The notes: generated by a model from the letters alone, not told the origin. Numbered from the stretch's first letter, positions 10,315 through 21,380 are shown. The stretch is 64,000 nucleotides of DNA from Patescibacteria group bacterium (GCA_026416845.1 JAOAEL010000002.1:47422-111421), one strand, 5' to 3'. Made by a program: numbers and translations.

Positions 10315-12915
10315 ATGTCTATCGGCAAGATTATCCCCACAAAGATTGTGGAAGAAATGCAAAAGTCCTACTTGGATTACGCAATGAGTGTTATAGTGGC
10401 ACGGGCGCTTCCGGATGTGCGAGACGGGCTAAAACCTGTGCATAGAAGAATCCTGTACGCGATGAGCCAGATGAATCTGACTCCACAAGCAAAATTCATA
10501 AAATGCGCCAAGATAGTGGGAGAGACAATGGGCAAATACCACCCTCACGGGAATATGGCAATTTATGACGCATTAGTTAGACTCGCGCAAGATTTTTCTC
10601 TTCGCTATCCACTTGTTTGGGGGCAGGGAAATTTTGGATCGGTTGACGGAGATCCACCAGCGGCAGATCGTTATACCGAAGCAAAACTTAAACCAATAGC
10701 AATGGAAATGATTGCGGACATAGACAAAGATACGGTTGATTTCGTGCCAACTTATGACGACTCCGACGTGGAACCACTATACCTTCCGGCAAAAATTCCC
10801 AATTTGTTACTCAAGGGAGAAGAAGGCATTGCAGTTGGTATGGCAACAAAAATACCAACTCATAATTTAAAAGAAGTCTGCACAGCCATAATTGAAACCA
10901 TTAAAAAGGGTAGGGTAGTAGTTAATGAACAAACTTACAAAGAAGAAATAGAAAAAGCAATCCAAAAAATAAACCTGATTGCGGAAGGAAAAGAACAAAA
11001 AACAAACACAATCCGCACCGATAGTATCAGCTTTGAATCAGACATAACTATTGACGAATTAATGGAAATTATCAAGGGACCTGACTTCCCAACTGGAGGG
11101 GCTATTTACGATGCGGCAAGCTTAAAAGATGTTTACGCTACAGGAAGAGGCAAAATTGTAGTGCGGGGAATAGCAGAAATTGTGGAGGGACAAAAAGGCA
11201 AAACGCAAATTATAATCTCTGAAATACCATATCAAGTCAACAAAGCCGATCTTGTGGCAACAATTGCCAATCTTGCGAAAGACAAAAAAATAGTTGGCAT
11301 TGCTGACTTAAGAGACGAATCTGACAAAGAAGGGCTTCGCATCGCAATTGACCTGAAACGAGACGCAAAACCCAAATCAGTCCTAAATAATATTTATAAA
11401 CATACTAAACTTCAAACCACATTTCCGGCTAATTTTGTCGCTCTCGTGGACGGAGTCCCTCATACTCTAAATCTCAAACAGATTTTGGTTGAATACATCA
11501 AACACCGACAAAAAGTAGTAACAAGACGAACAATTTTTGATCTGACAGAAGCGAAAAAAAGATCTCATATATTAGAAGGCTACAAAATCGCTTTAGATCA
11601 CTTAGACGAAGTAATTCAAACAATTCGATCATCCCAAACGCAAGAAGACGCAAAAATAAATTTGATTGCCAAATTTGGATTTTCAGAAATCCAAGCCATA
11701 TCTATTCTGGATATGCAACTTAGAAGACTTGCGGCTTTGGAACGAGAGAAAATTGAGAATGAATATAATGAAATCAAAAAATTAATAGACAAATTAGTGG
11801 CAATTCTAGAAAATCCAACACAAGTATTAGAAATCATTGCTAGTGAATCATCTGAAATAAAAGAGAAGTACAAAGATGAGAGAAAAACAAGAATATATAA
11901 ATCCAAAATAGGTGAATTTTCTGAACAGGATCTAGTCCCCAAGGAAGAAGTGCTCATCACCGTTACTAAAACAGGTTATATAAAGCGAGTTCCGCGAGCC
12001 ACTTATAGATCACAAGCAAGAGGCGGTAAAGGAGTAACAGGAATGACAACAAAAGAAGAAGACGAAATTGAACACCTAATCTCTGCGACAAGCCACGACA
12101 CAATTTTGTTTTTCACAGACAAAGGAAAAGTTTATGGAGCAAAAGCATGGGAAATTGCCGAAGGATCCCGTCAATCCAAAGGACAAGCGATTGTGAATAT
12201 TATCAATCTGGAACAAGGAGAAAAAATAATGTCAATCTTGCCACTTAACGAAAAAGGTAAATATCTTGTAATGGCAACAAAAAAAGGAACAATCAAAAAA
12301 ACGGCAATATCAGAATTTGCAAATATGCGCGCGAGTGGACTTATAGCAATTAAACTTGATCAAAACGATTCACTTGTTTCTGTACACGAAACAAGCGGAG
12401 AAGATCATATTCTAATGATTACAAAACTAGGTCAATCTATAAGATTTCCTGAATCAAACGTGCGCCCAATGGGCAGAAGCACATCAGGGGTAACAGGCAT
12501 ATCTCTTTTAGAAAACGATTCAGTCATAGGAATGGAAGTTTTTCCTGTGGTTGAACCAACATCAGACAACAAAAAAGCAAAGCTATATCGACAAATCATG
12601 ACAATCTCTGAAAAAGGAATGGGGAAGAGAACACCTATTAATCTTTTTCCTATCCAAAAACGAGCAGGGAAGGGTGTAAGGGTAGCTACTATATCAGCAA
12701 AAACAGGACCACTCGCCGCTGAAGTAATGATTACTCAAGACACCGAGCAAGTAGTTATAACAAGCAAAGCAGGAGTTGTAATCAAACTCCCAATAAAAGA
12801 TATCCCTGAACTTGGGCGATCGACACAGGGAGTTATTCTAATGCGATTTGCAAAAAGCGATGACAGTGTGGCAGCTATCGCCGCGCTTAGTAAAGGGAAT
12901 AACGAAACTAACTAA
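10315..12915 (+). CDS. gyrA: DNA gyrase subunit A
   Basis: [28 protein letters not shown] catalytic Tyr, GyrA-box QARGGKG. Confidence 0.98.
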   Translation: MSIGKIIPTKIVEEMQKSYLDYAMSVIVARALPDVRDGLKPVHRRILYAMSQMNLTPQAKFIKCAKIVGETMGKYHPHGNMAIYDALVRLAQDFSLRYPLVWGQGNFGSVDGDPPAADRYTEAKLKPIAMEMIADIDKDTVDFVPTYDDSDVEPLYLPAKIPNLLLKGEEGIAVGMATKIPTHNLKEVCTAIIETIKKGRVVVNEQTYKEEIEKAIQKINLIAEGKEQKTNTIRTDSISFESDITIDELMEIIKGPDFPTGGAIYDAASLKDVYATGRGKIVVRGIAEIVEGQKGKTQIIISEIPYQVNKADLVATIANLAKDKKIVGIADLRDESDKEGLRIAIDLKRDAKPKSVLNNIYKHTKLQTTFPANFVALVDGVPHTLNLKQILVEYIKHRQKVVTRRTIFDLTEAKKRSHILEGYKIALDHLDEVIQTIRSSQTQEDAKINLIAKFGFSEIQAISILDMQLRRLAALEREKIENEYNEIKKLIDKLVAILENPTQVLEIIASESSEIKEKYKDERKTRIYKSKIGEFSEQDLVPKEEVLITVTKTGYIKRVPRATYRSQARGGKGVTGMTTKEEDEIEHLISATSHDTILFFTDKGKVYGAKAWEIAEGSRQSKGQAIVNIINLEQGEKIMSILPLNEKGKYLVMATKKGTIKKTAISEFANMRASGLIAIKLDQNDSLVSVHETSGEDHILMITKLGQSIRFPESNVRPMGRSTSGVTGISLLENDSVIGMEVFPVVEPTSDNKKAKLYRQIMTISEKGMGKRTPINLFPIQKRAGKGVRVATISAKTGPLAAEVMITQDTEQVVITSKAGVVIKLPIKDIPELGRSTQGVILMRFAKSDDSVAAIAALSKGNNETN

Positions 12916-12953
12916 CTTACAAGCAAAATTACTGAATACAATATCATTAATCC

Positions 12954-13622
12954 TTAGGACTTTGAATACCTCAGTTTGCTAAAATTACCCTCAGGATTAT
13001 TGAAGTCATTTATAATTTTCTGGAAATCATTTGAATTTATACCGCTATCTAAAATCTAAAATAGGTCCATAACGGTGTGGAGTAAATCCAATATAAGAAA
13101 TAGCATAAGCACCAACGCTACCTCCTAACTCTACAGCCGGACCGTATAGGACCACAGTTCGTTCAGTTTTCGGATTTTGGTAAACATACTGTGCGAATTA
13201 ACAAAAAAGCTTCTTTACCAGCCTTATCATATGCATTTACAAGAATATTTTCTACACTTGGCGAAATTTGCCTTGTCTTTCCAGCCGGTTTGTACGATTG
13301 TGCAACAATCTCATCTGTTAGACTTGCACCATTATTAATAGAATACAAATCTAATTTAATAAATAATTGAAACCTACCTCATACTATACGGATAGTTTAA
13401 CCATTTATCAACTTTTTCATAAAACTCGTCAATTTCTTTAAGGGCAATTGCGAGCTTCTTCTGTTTGTCCCCTCCAGTAAAATATCATAATTTGTTAATT
13501 TGATCTTCTTGTAACTCGCTTTGATATGTTTGAATAACACGCAAAGCTGACTCGGCAAATTCAAAAAATAATTCCATCTCTGGTGTGTTAGGATTCAATT
13601 CTTTCTCTTTGGAAATATTCAC
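12954..13622 (-). pseudogene. Decayed hypothetical gene (about 220 codons)
   Basis: One reading frame is restored by ignoring the TGA at 13485-13487 and removing a 4-bp duplication (13372-13379), one extra base near 13198 and a 7-bp duplication (13049-13062). Confidence 0.65.
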
Positions 13623-13688
13623 ATAAAAATTAAAACATGTAGGATTATAAGAAATACTTATTTAAACCACAAATAAAAACCTTTTCAA

Positions 13689-14642
13689 CTAATTACGCCG
13701 GTGATACTTCTCATACACCTCGCGAAGTCTTTTGTGTGTCACATGAGTATAAATTTGCGTCGTAGACACATTTTTATGTCCGAGCATTTCTTGAACGCTC
13801 CTGAGATCAGCTCCCGCCATCAGCAAATCTGTTGCATAGCTATGTCTAATCACATGTGGAGTAACATCAATTGGCAATTTAATTTTTTGCCCATATTTCT
13901 TGATAATTCTTTGGATTGATCTAACTGTTAACCTAAAATCGTCATCAACTTTCGTAGGATCAATTTTGCCACGATGACGTATAAAAAGTGGACTAAATTT
14001 ATCATTGCGGGCATTAAGATAAATTGACAACCAATCCGCCGCCCTTGCCGACAAAAAAACTACTCTAGCGCGCCCTCCTTTGCCTACAACACCAAACTCG
14101 CGCCTTTGAAGATCAACTTTATCGCGATCAAGTTTCACAAGTTCAGAAACTCTAAGACCAGTGGAAAACAAAACTTCTAATATAGCCTTGTCCCTTTTGC
14201 CTGCTACAGAAGATAGCAAAGGAGCATTCAAAAGCCTTTCAACTTGCTCGCCTGTCAAAAATTTCACCTGCCTTTCTGATATTTTGGGTAATTCTATTTT
14301 GTCAGGAGACATGACATTATAGTCATTCTTTAAAAGCCAACGCAAAAAAGAACGAATAGCAATTGCATGATAGCTTTGAGTTTTACGGCCAAGAAACCTG
14401 CCCTTGCCATCAGTTTGTCGAGATAAATAAACCCTGTATTGCCTTATAACATCAGGATTAATGTCAAACAAGCTACATTCAGGATTTAACTTTGAATACC
14501 AACTGCAAAATCTCAAAAGATAATGTCGATAATTGCGAAGGGTTAGGGGAGAATACCCTTTTTCTATTTCCAAATATTCCAAAAAATCAAAAACATGCTT
14601 AGCAATTTTATTTTGATTGGCAAGTAGGGCAGTTTTGGGCAT
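13689..14642 (-). CDS. Tyrosine recombinase, XerC/XerD family
   Basis: SAM-like N-domain; TGLRVSEL, GKGGRAR, HVIRHSYAT, LGHKNVSTTQIY catalytic R-K-H-R-H-Y set. Confidence 0.93.
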   Translation of the reverse strand: MPKTALLANQNKIAKHVFDFLEYLEIEKGYSPLTLRNYRHYLLRFCSWYSKLNPECSLFDINPDVIRQYRVYLSRQTDGKGRFLGRKTQSYHAIAIRSFLRWLLKNDYNVMSPDKIELPKISERQVKFLTGEQVERLLNAPLLSSVAGKRDKAILEVLFSTGLRVSELVKLDRDKVDLQRREFGVVGKGGRARVVFLSARAADWLSIYLNARNDKFSPLFIRHRGKIDPTKVDDDFRLTVRSIQRIIKKYGQKIKLPIDVTPHVIRHSYATDLLMAGADLRSVQEMLGHKNVSTTQIYTHVTHKRLREVYEKYHRRN

Positions 14643-14692
14643 ATGAAAAATAATTGTGACTTAAATCATAAAATACAAATTTAATCTAGTCA

Positions 14693-14707
14693 ATATTGTG
14701 CGACAAT
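14693..14707. promoter_or_regulatory. Putative Xer half-site upstream of the xer gene
   Basis: ATATTGTGCGACAAT matches 14 of 15 nt of the right side of the dif-like site (ATATTGTACGACAAT, 15224-15238); about 50 nt upstream of the xer start. Confidence 0.5.
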
Positions 14708-15209
14708 GGTTGTCAATTACTTATTAAATTATTTAACTGATTTCAAAATTATTTTGACTTTCAACAACATTTAATTTATTTAATCAAAATCTATCAACAA
14801 ATTTAACTTTAAACCGGATTATTTTTTCTAAAGAATTTTTATTAATAATTTTAAATCAACAATAAATAACCATTTTTTTATCATAAGTTTAATTTTTAAA
14901 ATATCTCTTAGTTTTAGAAATTTAGAAACTTTTTAAAACCGATTTTAAAGCCCTTCTTTTTTAAAAGACAATAAAACTATCGCCTGATATACAATTAAAA
15001 AACAATGGATTGTAGTAAAAAACAAAATGATTAAAAATTTAAAACCAATTTTCGGTATAAATTAGGATTTCAAAAATCAAGATAAATTTGTCAAAAGACA
15101 AACTTGGTCAAAATTTAATAAAAGACTAAAAAATATAAAATCAAGTGAAAAATAAATACCAAAAAATAAAAATTATACAAAAAGCCCTACTCTAATAAAT
15201 TCATAAATT

Positions 15210-15237
15210 GCGTCGTAAAAGTTATATTGTACGACAA
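15210..15237. other. Putative dif recombination site
   Basis: 11-6-11 geometry GCGTCGTAAAA-GTTATA-TTGTACGACAA with inverted arms (8 of 11 complementary), in a 1-kb AT-rich noncoding gap next to xer. Confidence 0.65.
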
Positions 15238-15639
15238 TTTTTCTCAAAACAAGAAAATAATTTTTTTACAAAAAAATAGGGTTAGGAAAGAACAGCAAGA
15301 AAGCATTTATCTTAAATTTCTGAATTATTTACATTACTTATTTTATGTACTCTGTTGTTAAAATTTAAAACACACTTAAATAGTTAAGGATAAATATCCA
15401 CAATCTCCAGTACCGCTCGTAAATATATCTATGCAAAAAAATACTAATTAACTCATAAAAAATTGTAAATGCAAAGATAAAAAAAGATAAAAATTGTGAA
15501 AAAATAAGTTTGCATCGTGAAAAGTGTTGCTGGCAAATTTTAAAACTATAGGACTACTGTCTCGAAAAACTAAAATCTACTATCCCCTTCTCCCTATCTC
15601 CTTAGTCTATTTAAACAGAAGTAAAATTAAACTTTCACC

Positions 15640-16398
15640 TCATAAAGTAACACCAAACATTCCAATAAATATTGCAGCACCCAAAATTAAATATTCTCTA
15701 ACAGTTTGAACAAATAATCTTTCTTCCAAATGCGATTGCCCTAAACCAAGTAAAACATAAGCAGTTGTTGTTAAAAATAAAGATCCCACAACTATACTTA
15801 CAGGCCAAAAATAAACTACAGCAGAAATTTGAGCACATATTAAAGATGAAATTACACTAATTTGAAATATTTTAGAAGAAAACTTTGTACCTAAACTGAC
15901 TACCCAATAACCCTGAAGAAAAATAGGAAAAGAAACTAAAAAAACATATAAAACATTTAAGTAAACTGGCAATCCAAAAGAAAGTATTGCATCAAATAAG
16001 AAAAAAAAAGTCGCTATTGTAAATACAAATCCCCCAGCCTTTGCTGTTCTAAATAAAGCAATGGTTTTAATTGTAGAAACATAATAAACATTTATGGTAA
16101 GAATCAAGAAATACATCAAAAGTCCGTACAAAACAACAATCAACCTTGTCAGAAAACTGGGTGGAAGCAAAAACCAAAAAAAACCAACACCAATAGTAAA
16201 AAAAGCAGGCAAAACAAGTAAAATAATAGAAGCATTAAATTTTAAAGACTCTTTTAAAGACCATGCTATTAAAATTGTTACAACTACAGATAAAAAAAAT
16301 ATGCTATGAATTTTATAATTTGAATTTATAAACTGTACACATATAAACCCCAAAGAAGCTAGAATTGAAGTTAATATAATCTTTAACCTTTTACTCAT
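15640..16398 (-). CDS. Multi-pass membrane protein, hypothetical
   Basis: About 8 hydrophobic segments; operonic with yebC. Confidence 0.75.
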   Translation of the reverse strand: MSKRLKIILTSILASLGFICVQFINSNYKIHSIFFLSVVVTILIAWSLKESLKFNASIILLVLPAFFTIGVGFFWFLLPPSFLTRLIVVLYGLLMYFLILTINVYYVSTIKTIALFRTAKAGGFVFTIATFFFLFDAILSFGLPVYLNVLYVFLVSFPIFLQGYWVVSLGTKFSSKIFQISVISSLICAQISAVVYFWPVSIVVGSLFLTTTAYVLLGLGQSHLEERLFVQTVREYLILGAAIFIGMFGVTL

Positions 16399-16411
16399 AA
16401 ATAAATTTTTT

Positions 16412-17125
16412 TTAAATTAATGCATTTGTAAAAACTTTTTGCACATCATCATGTTCTTCTAAAGCATTTAAAAGCTGTTTTATTTTGTCACAAACTTTTA
16501 AATCCAAAATTTTAATTGGATTATTGGCTTTTCTAACGATATCAATAGATATAATTTTTTGATTATTCTGTGATAAAAAATTTCTTACCAGATTTATATT
16601 TTCGAACAAAACTAATAATTCAAAACCATGACCAACATCTTGAATATCGTCAGCTCCAGAATCTATCAAAAGTAAAACTTGTTCATCGGGATTTTCAGAC
16701 TTTGCAACTACTATAATTCCAAATTGTTTAAAATCATATGAAACAGCTCCTGGTGTCGCCATATTCCCTTCATTTTTTTCAAAAATATTTCTTATTTCCT
16801 GAAATGTCCGATTTTTATTATCGGTAGCCACCTCCACAAGTACACCTATACCCGAAGGTCCAAATCCTTCGTATATAACTTCTTCCAAATTTCCTTTTTC
16901 TTTAGCTTTATTAATTGCTTTCTCTATATTTTCTTTTGGCATGTTAGCAGAACGAGCAGCTTCTATTGCAGCTCTTAACTTTGGATTAGTTTCAGGATCC
17001 TCTCCTCCACCTGTCTTAACCGCCACTGAAATGGCAAGAGAAAGTTTAGTAAAAATTTTGCCTTTAACTTGATCGTTAATCTCCTTTTGTCTTTTAATAG
17101 TAGACCATTTAGAATGTCCAGACAT
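16412..17125 (-). CDS. yebC: YebC/PmpR family protein
   Basis: MSGHSKWSTIK, NPKLR, YEGFGPSG, TDNKNRT, DDVQKVFTN. Confidence 0.95.
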   Translation of the reverse strand: MSGHSKWSTIKRQKEINDQVKGKIFTKLSLAISVAVKTGGGEDPETNPKLRAAIEAARSANMPKENIEKAINKAKEKGNLEEVIYEGFGPSGIGVLVEVATDNKNRTFQEIRNIFEKNEGNMATPGAVSYDFKQFGIIVVAKSENPDEQVLLLIDSGADDIQDVGHGFELLVLFENINLVRNFLSQNNQKIISIDIVRKANNPIKILDLKVCDKIKQLLNALEEHDDVQKVFTNALI

Positions 17126-17174
17126 AAGTTTATTTTAACAAAAAATCACTATTTAAAATCAAAAACTTCAACTC

Positions 17175-17202
17175 TTGACATAAATTTAGCCATATTTATA
17201 CT
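17175..17202 (+). promoter_or_regulatory. Sigma70-like promoter TTGACA-N16-TATACT
   Basis: Near-consensus hexamers about 50 nt before the ATG at 17254. Confidence 0.55.
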
Positions 17203-17253
17203 CAATTGAAAAGACTTGTTGACTAAAACTAAATAATAAAATTTCTGCCAAAC

Positions 17254-17988
17254 ATGAATGAAGAACTTGTTCAAGCAGCAATTTCAGCCGCCCTATCTGG
17301 AGAGTGGGAAGAAGCCATTTTGTTAAACAAAAAAATATTAGATCAAAATCCAAAAGATGTTGATGCTTTAACCAGACTCGCTCGTGCGTATGCAGAAATA
17401 AACAAAATCAAAAAAGCCAAAGCAACCTTGCAAGAAGTACTTCGCATAGATCCTTATAATTCAATAGCTATCAAAACTTTAACAAAATGGAAAAATTTCA
17501 GATGTCCCAAAAATGGTTCATTTTCAAAAGTATCAAATCCTCAAGTATTTTTAGAAGAACCCGGAAAAACAAAGGTGGTATTTCTTAAGCACCTTTCAAA
17601 CCCTGAAGTTATAGCAGAACTTGATGCCGGAGATCCAGTAAAATTAGTGATTAGTGCTCACAAAATTTCAATCATCTCTCAGCAAAACAAATACATTGGA
17701 AAACTACCAGATGATATTTCCGCCAGAATAAAAAAGCTATTTTCTCTTGGATACTCTTATTCAGGAGTAATCATATCTTCAGATAAAAATGGAGTCAGTG
17801 TTTTGATTAGAGAAATTACAAGACCAAAAAAGTACAGCGATATTCCATCCTTCCCAACTGAAAAAATAAATTATATAGCATTCACACCTCCAGAATTGGT
17901 TCATGAAGAAGATGAAATTAAAGAAAGTTTAGGCGAAGACGAAGAAGAAGTATTTGAAGAAATTTATACTGAAAAATCAAAAGAATAA
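17254..17988 (+). CDS. TPR-repeat protein with HIRAN-like C-terminal region and acidic tail
   Basis: TPR pattern (AILLNKKIL..NPKDVDALTRLARAY); YIGKLP segment; E-rich C-terminus. Confidence 0.7.
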   Translation: MNEELVQAAISAALSGEWEEAILLNKKILDQNPKDVDALTRLARAYAEINKIKKAKATLQEVLRIDPYNSIAIKTLTKWKNFRCPKNGSFSKVSNPQVFLEEPGKTKVVFLKHLSNPEVIAELDAGDPVKLVISAHKISIISQQNKYIGKLPDDISARIKKLFSLGYSYSGVIISSDKNGVSVLIREITRPKKYSDIPSFPTEKINYIAFTPPELVHEEDEIKESLGEDEEEVFEEIYTEKSKE

Positions 17989-18004
17989 AAAATTTAACTT
18001 CTAA

Positions 18005-18952
18005 CTATTCTTCTAAACTAAGAAAAAATATTTCTAAATTTTTGTTTTCTTTGTCAAAAACTTCTAAATTACACATTTGAAAATATTTTTTAATTTCCTT
18101 CGCTAATTGCTTATCATTCACTTTTAATTCACAAAAAATTTTCCTACCATCTTTTAAATATGCATTTTTTCTGTCTTGAATCTCCTTTGCCAATATAACT
18201 TTACCACCCAAAGATGCAAATGTATCTTTAATTTCATCTAAATCAACAGTAGAACCTACATAGTTCATAATAGAAACTGTAAAAACTTCATCGCTTACAT
18301 TAAAAAGCGATTGAACAAGCTGTGGCATAAATGGGGTTTTTATGTAACCTTCAGAACCATCAACAAGAATAGCCCTACGTAAAAAACTAGTTTGATCCAA
18401 ATTAATAGTAGTTTGTTTTATATCTTTGCTAAAAATAGTTTGTAAAGCAAAATTAACCTTTTCCGCAAAAGAAAAGCTAGAATCTAAATGAAAAAAAACA
18501 AATTTCAAATTCTCTATAAACGATCCTATTTCAAATTTTAAACTCCTTCCATAAACATAATGATAAACAGGCAAAGCAAGTGACAATGTAACAGTTTCAG
18601 AAATTAGCTGCCCTCCTAAACCTTCATTAATTCCAATGTTATAAACATTTTTAATCTTAGTTTTACCTAACCCTCTGGCTAAATTCACAAAAGTGTCTTG
18701 TGGAATCACTATATTCGTCAACTCTTTATAATAAGGATCAAAAACAACAACTTGTATATGCTCATTTTCTTTATAAACTACATAACTTAATTTTGACTTC
18801 CCATCCCACAATTTCTCCTGTGATAAACTAAAAAAAAGAAAAAAGAAAAAAAATAAAAAAATAAACAACAAAAGATAAACAAATTTTTGATAATTCAAAA
18901 AATATGAAAAAAAATTTAAGCTTTTTTTAATCTTCCTACTACGAGCAGTCAT
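18005..18952 (-). CDS. Membrane-anchored hypothetical protein, possibly divergent LCP family
   Basis: N-terminal TM helix; IVIPQDTFV resembles the LCP IPRD motif (weak). Confidence 0.55.
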   Translation of the reverse strand: MTARSRKIKKSLNFFSYFLNYQKFVYLLLFIFLFFFFFLFFSLSQEKLWDGKSKLSYVVYKENEHIQVVVFDPYYKELTNIVIPQDTFVNLARGLGKTKIKNVYNIGINEGLGGQLISETVTLSLALPVYHYVYGRSLKFEIGSFIENLKFVFFHLDSSFSFAEKVNFALQTIFSKDIKQTTINLDQTSFLRRAILVDGSEGYIKTPFMPQLVQSLFNVSDEVFTVSIMNYVGSTVDLDEIKDTFASLGGKVILAKEIQDRKNAYLKDGRKIFCELKVNDKQLAKEIKKYFQMCNLEVFDKENKNLEIFFLSLEE

Positions 18953-18959
18953 CCTAAAA

Positions 18960-20624
18960 TTAAATAATTGCTAAACTTTTCAAAGAATCAAGCTTCTTGA
19001 TATCAAATCTACCATTTTTAAATATAGTTTTAATATGAAACCCTGCAAGCATTTCAGGGACTACAACATAATAAGCTCCTTCGTTATACAACTTTCTCGC
19101 CTCATGTATATTCGCCGCAATTGCTATAAAAATCGCTTTTGACTTTTTCATCCTTAGGTATTCTAAAATCCTAAGATTATCCGCTAAAACACCAAAGGTA
19201 GTTATAATCACTTTTGCCCTAACCACATTTGCAGCTTCCAATATTTCAGGATCCGAAATATCACCAAATAAAATATTTACCCCTTCTTTGGAAAGTTCGT
19301 CAAATATCTTGGGATTAAAATCAACAACCACATATTTTTCGTAAGATCTAAGAAGTTTGGATAAAATGACATGCCCACTCCTGTCACAACCAACAATCAC
19401 ACAATGATCTTTAAGTTCATAGGATAATTTAGTAAACTTCTCAGCCTGATTATGCTTTGCTCTCTCAAAAAAACTCAATAAATGCTGCAATCTAACATAA
19501 ATTTTGTCAGAATACATAATCATATAAGTAGACAAGGTCATTGTGATAACAGCAACAACAATTACCAAAGAAACATCCGCTTGCGTGACATGAGATAACG
19601 AAAGTCCAATTGCCATTAATATAAGAGAAAACTCTGATATTTGCGCAACCGTAAGCCCGGCCATAAATGAAGTCCGCTTCTTGTAACCCATAATTCCCAA
19701 AAGTATTAAAACAATCAGCGGATTGCCAATTAAAACAAAAGCTGAAAAAATTAAAGCTTCTGGAAGTATAGATACAAACTCCCCTTCCATAGCAAGCTCT
19801 GTACCCAAGACAACAAAAAAAATTGTCAAGAAAAAATCGCGAAGTGGCTTGGCTCTAGTTGCGACTTGCAAGTGTTCAGGCAAATTAGAAAGAGCAAGTC
19901 CGGCCAAAAATCCTCCAACTTCCAAAGTAAAACCAAGTGGGCCGGCGACAAAAGATGAAAATCCAAGTGCCCAAGCAATGCTTGCAATGAATAAAAGCTC
20001 AGTTGAAGAAGTAAAGTATCTTTCAAAAATCAAAGGAATCATTCTTTTTGATAAAAACCACACTACAACAAATAAAAACAAAGCTTTAGCTAAGGTATAA
20101 AATATAGTCAACAAATCGGCATTACCATTTGAAATTCCAGCTAAAAAAAGAAGAATAAGTATTGCTACAAAATCTTGAACTAACAAAAAACCAATCGCAA
20201 TTCTTCCATATAAACTTTGCAAGTCTTTTTTTTCAGATAAAAGTTTAACCATAATAATTGTTGAAGAAAAAGTAAGAGCAACAGATATATACAAGGCTTG
20301 TAATGTATCAAAACCCAAAATCAGCGCCAAAAAATAACCTATTATAGAGGTAAAAACAATTTGTCCAATTCCTGTAATTAAGGCGGGCTTGCCAATAGTT
20401 GGCAATTCCGAAAGTTTCATTTCAAGCCCCAACAAAAATAAAAGAAGCGTTACACCAACTTGTGAAAGCGTCTTTAAATCTTTCGTATTGGAAATAATCC
20501 CAAAAGCACCAACAACAATCCCTGCTATTAAATAACCAACTAACAAAGGCTGTTTTATTGTTTTTGCAATAAAGCCAAATCCGGCGGCTATTACGATGAC
20601 GATTGCGATTTGAGCAAAATCCAT
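18960..20624 (-). CDS. CPA2 cation:proton antiporter with TrkA-N domain (Kef-type)
   Basis: FLLGLE, FSSTIIMVKLL, LLVQD, AQISEFS; C-terminal KTN domain. Confidence 0.9.
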   Translation of the reverse strand: MDFAQIAIVIVIAAGFGFIAKTIKQPLLVGYLIAGIVVGAFGIISNTKDLKTLSQVGVTLLLFLLGLEMKLSELPTIGKPALITGIGQIVFTSIIGYFLALILGFDTLQALYISVALTFSSTIIMVKLLSEKKDLQSLYGRIAIGFLLVQDFVAILILLFLAGISNGNADLLTIFYTLAKALFLFVVVWFLSKRMIPLIFERYFTSSTELLFIASIAWALGFSSFVAGPLGFTLEVGGFLAGLALSNLPEHLQVATRAKPLRDFFLTIFFVVLGTELAMEGEFVSILPEALIFSAFVLIGNPLIVLILLGIMGYKKRTSFMAGLTVAQISEFSLILMAIGLSLSHVTQADVSLVIVVAVITMTLSTYMIMYSDKIYVRLQHLLSFFERAKHNQAEKFTKLSYELKDHCVIVGCDRSGHVILSKLLRSYEKYVVVDFNPKIFDELSKEGVNILFGDISDPEILEAANVVRAKVIITTFGVLADNLRILEYLRMKKSKAIFIAIAANIHEARKLYNEGAYYVVVPEMLAGFHIKTIFKNGRFDIKKLDSLKSLAII

Positions 20625-20669
20625 TTGCTTTAGTGTAAAAGCTTAAAAATCATTTGGCAAACTCAATTT

Positions 20670-21380
20670 TTAAGAAGAACTTAAATTTCTCAATGCTTCT
20701 TGCAGATCTGAAGGCAAATCTGAACTAAAAGTTAACTTTTCGCCTGAACGCGGATGCGAAAAAACAATTTCCGAAGCATGTAAAAATAATCTTTGACAAA
20801 ATTTGCTGTCTTTTCTAGCTGTTTTTCTGCCAGCGTAAAACTTATCCGAAACTATTGGATTTCCTAAATATTTAGCATGAACCCTAATTTGATGCGTTCT
20901 GCCAGTTTTAGGATAAAACTTAGTCAAAGAATACTTTTCGTTCCCTTTTACATATACCTCAACCACTTCGTAATCGCTTAAAGCTTGTCTGCCACTAGAA
21001 TAAACACCAAATCTTTCTCTGTTCCAAGGAAGTCTGCCAACAGGAGCATCTATTGTACCTTTTGGCTTTTTGGGAACCCCATGCAAAAGAGCCAAATATG
21101 TTTTTTGTACACTTCGATTTTTGAATTGAGATTGCAAGTTTTCAAAAGCATCTTTATCTTTGGCAACAAGAAGTATTCCGCTAGTTTCTTTGTCCAATCT
21201 ATGCACTACTCCATTTCTACATTCATAATTATCAACAATAGGGTATTTGAAATTCTTTGACAACCAATTTTGCACAACAAAAGTTGTCTTAACTGTTTTA
21301 GCATCATTTACTACCCATCCGGCAGGCTTTAGGATAACTAAAAGGGATTCGTCTTCAAAAATTATTTCAGGAGTCAACAT
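20670..21380 (-). CDS. RluA-family pseudouridine synthase
   Basis: KPAG, VHRLDKETSG, TGRTHQIRVH, LFLHA. Confidence 0.93.
   Translation of the reverse strand: MLTPEIIFEDESLLVILKPAGWVVNDAKTVKTTFVVQNWLSKNFKYPIVDNYECRNGVVHRLDKETSGILLVAKDKDAFENLQSQFKNRSVQKTYLALLHGVPKKPKGTIDAPVGRLPWNRERFGVYSSGRQALSDYEVVEVYVKGNEKYSLTKFYPKTGRTHQIRVHAKYLGNPIVSDKFYAGRKTARKDSKFCQRLFLHASEIVFSHPRSGEKLTFSSDLPSDLQEALRNLSSS

Noticed and set aside
13485-13487. In-frame TGA suggesting genetic code 25 or 4
   Set aside because: Conserved genes have no in-frame TGA and several end properly at TGA (ssb, the methyltransferase, the MBL hydrolase); this TGA lies in a multiply broken pseudogene
13755-13764. TTGCGTCGTA inside xer, matching the left side of the dif-like site
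   Set aside because: It encodes the conserved STTQ catalytic-region motif and has no partner arm; probably coincidence
13689-14642. Xer gene as a prophage or island integrase
   Set aside because: Size and motifs fit a chromosomal Xer; no phage genes or att duplication seen
14643-15639. oriC candidate
   Set aside because: No cluster of DnaA boxes and no dnaA/dnaN in the window; only one imperfect box
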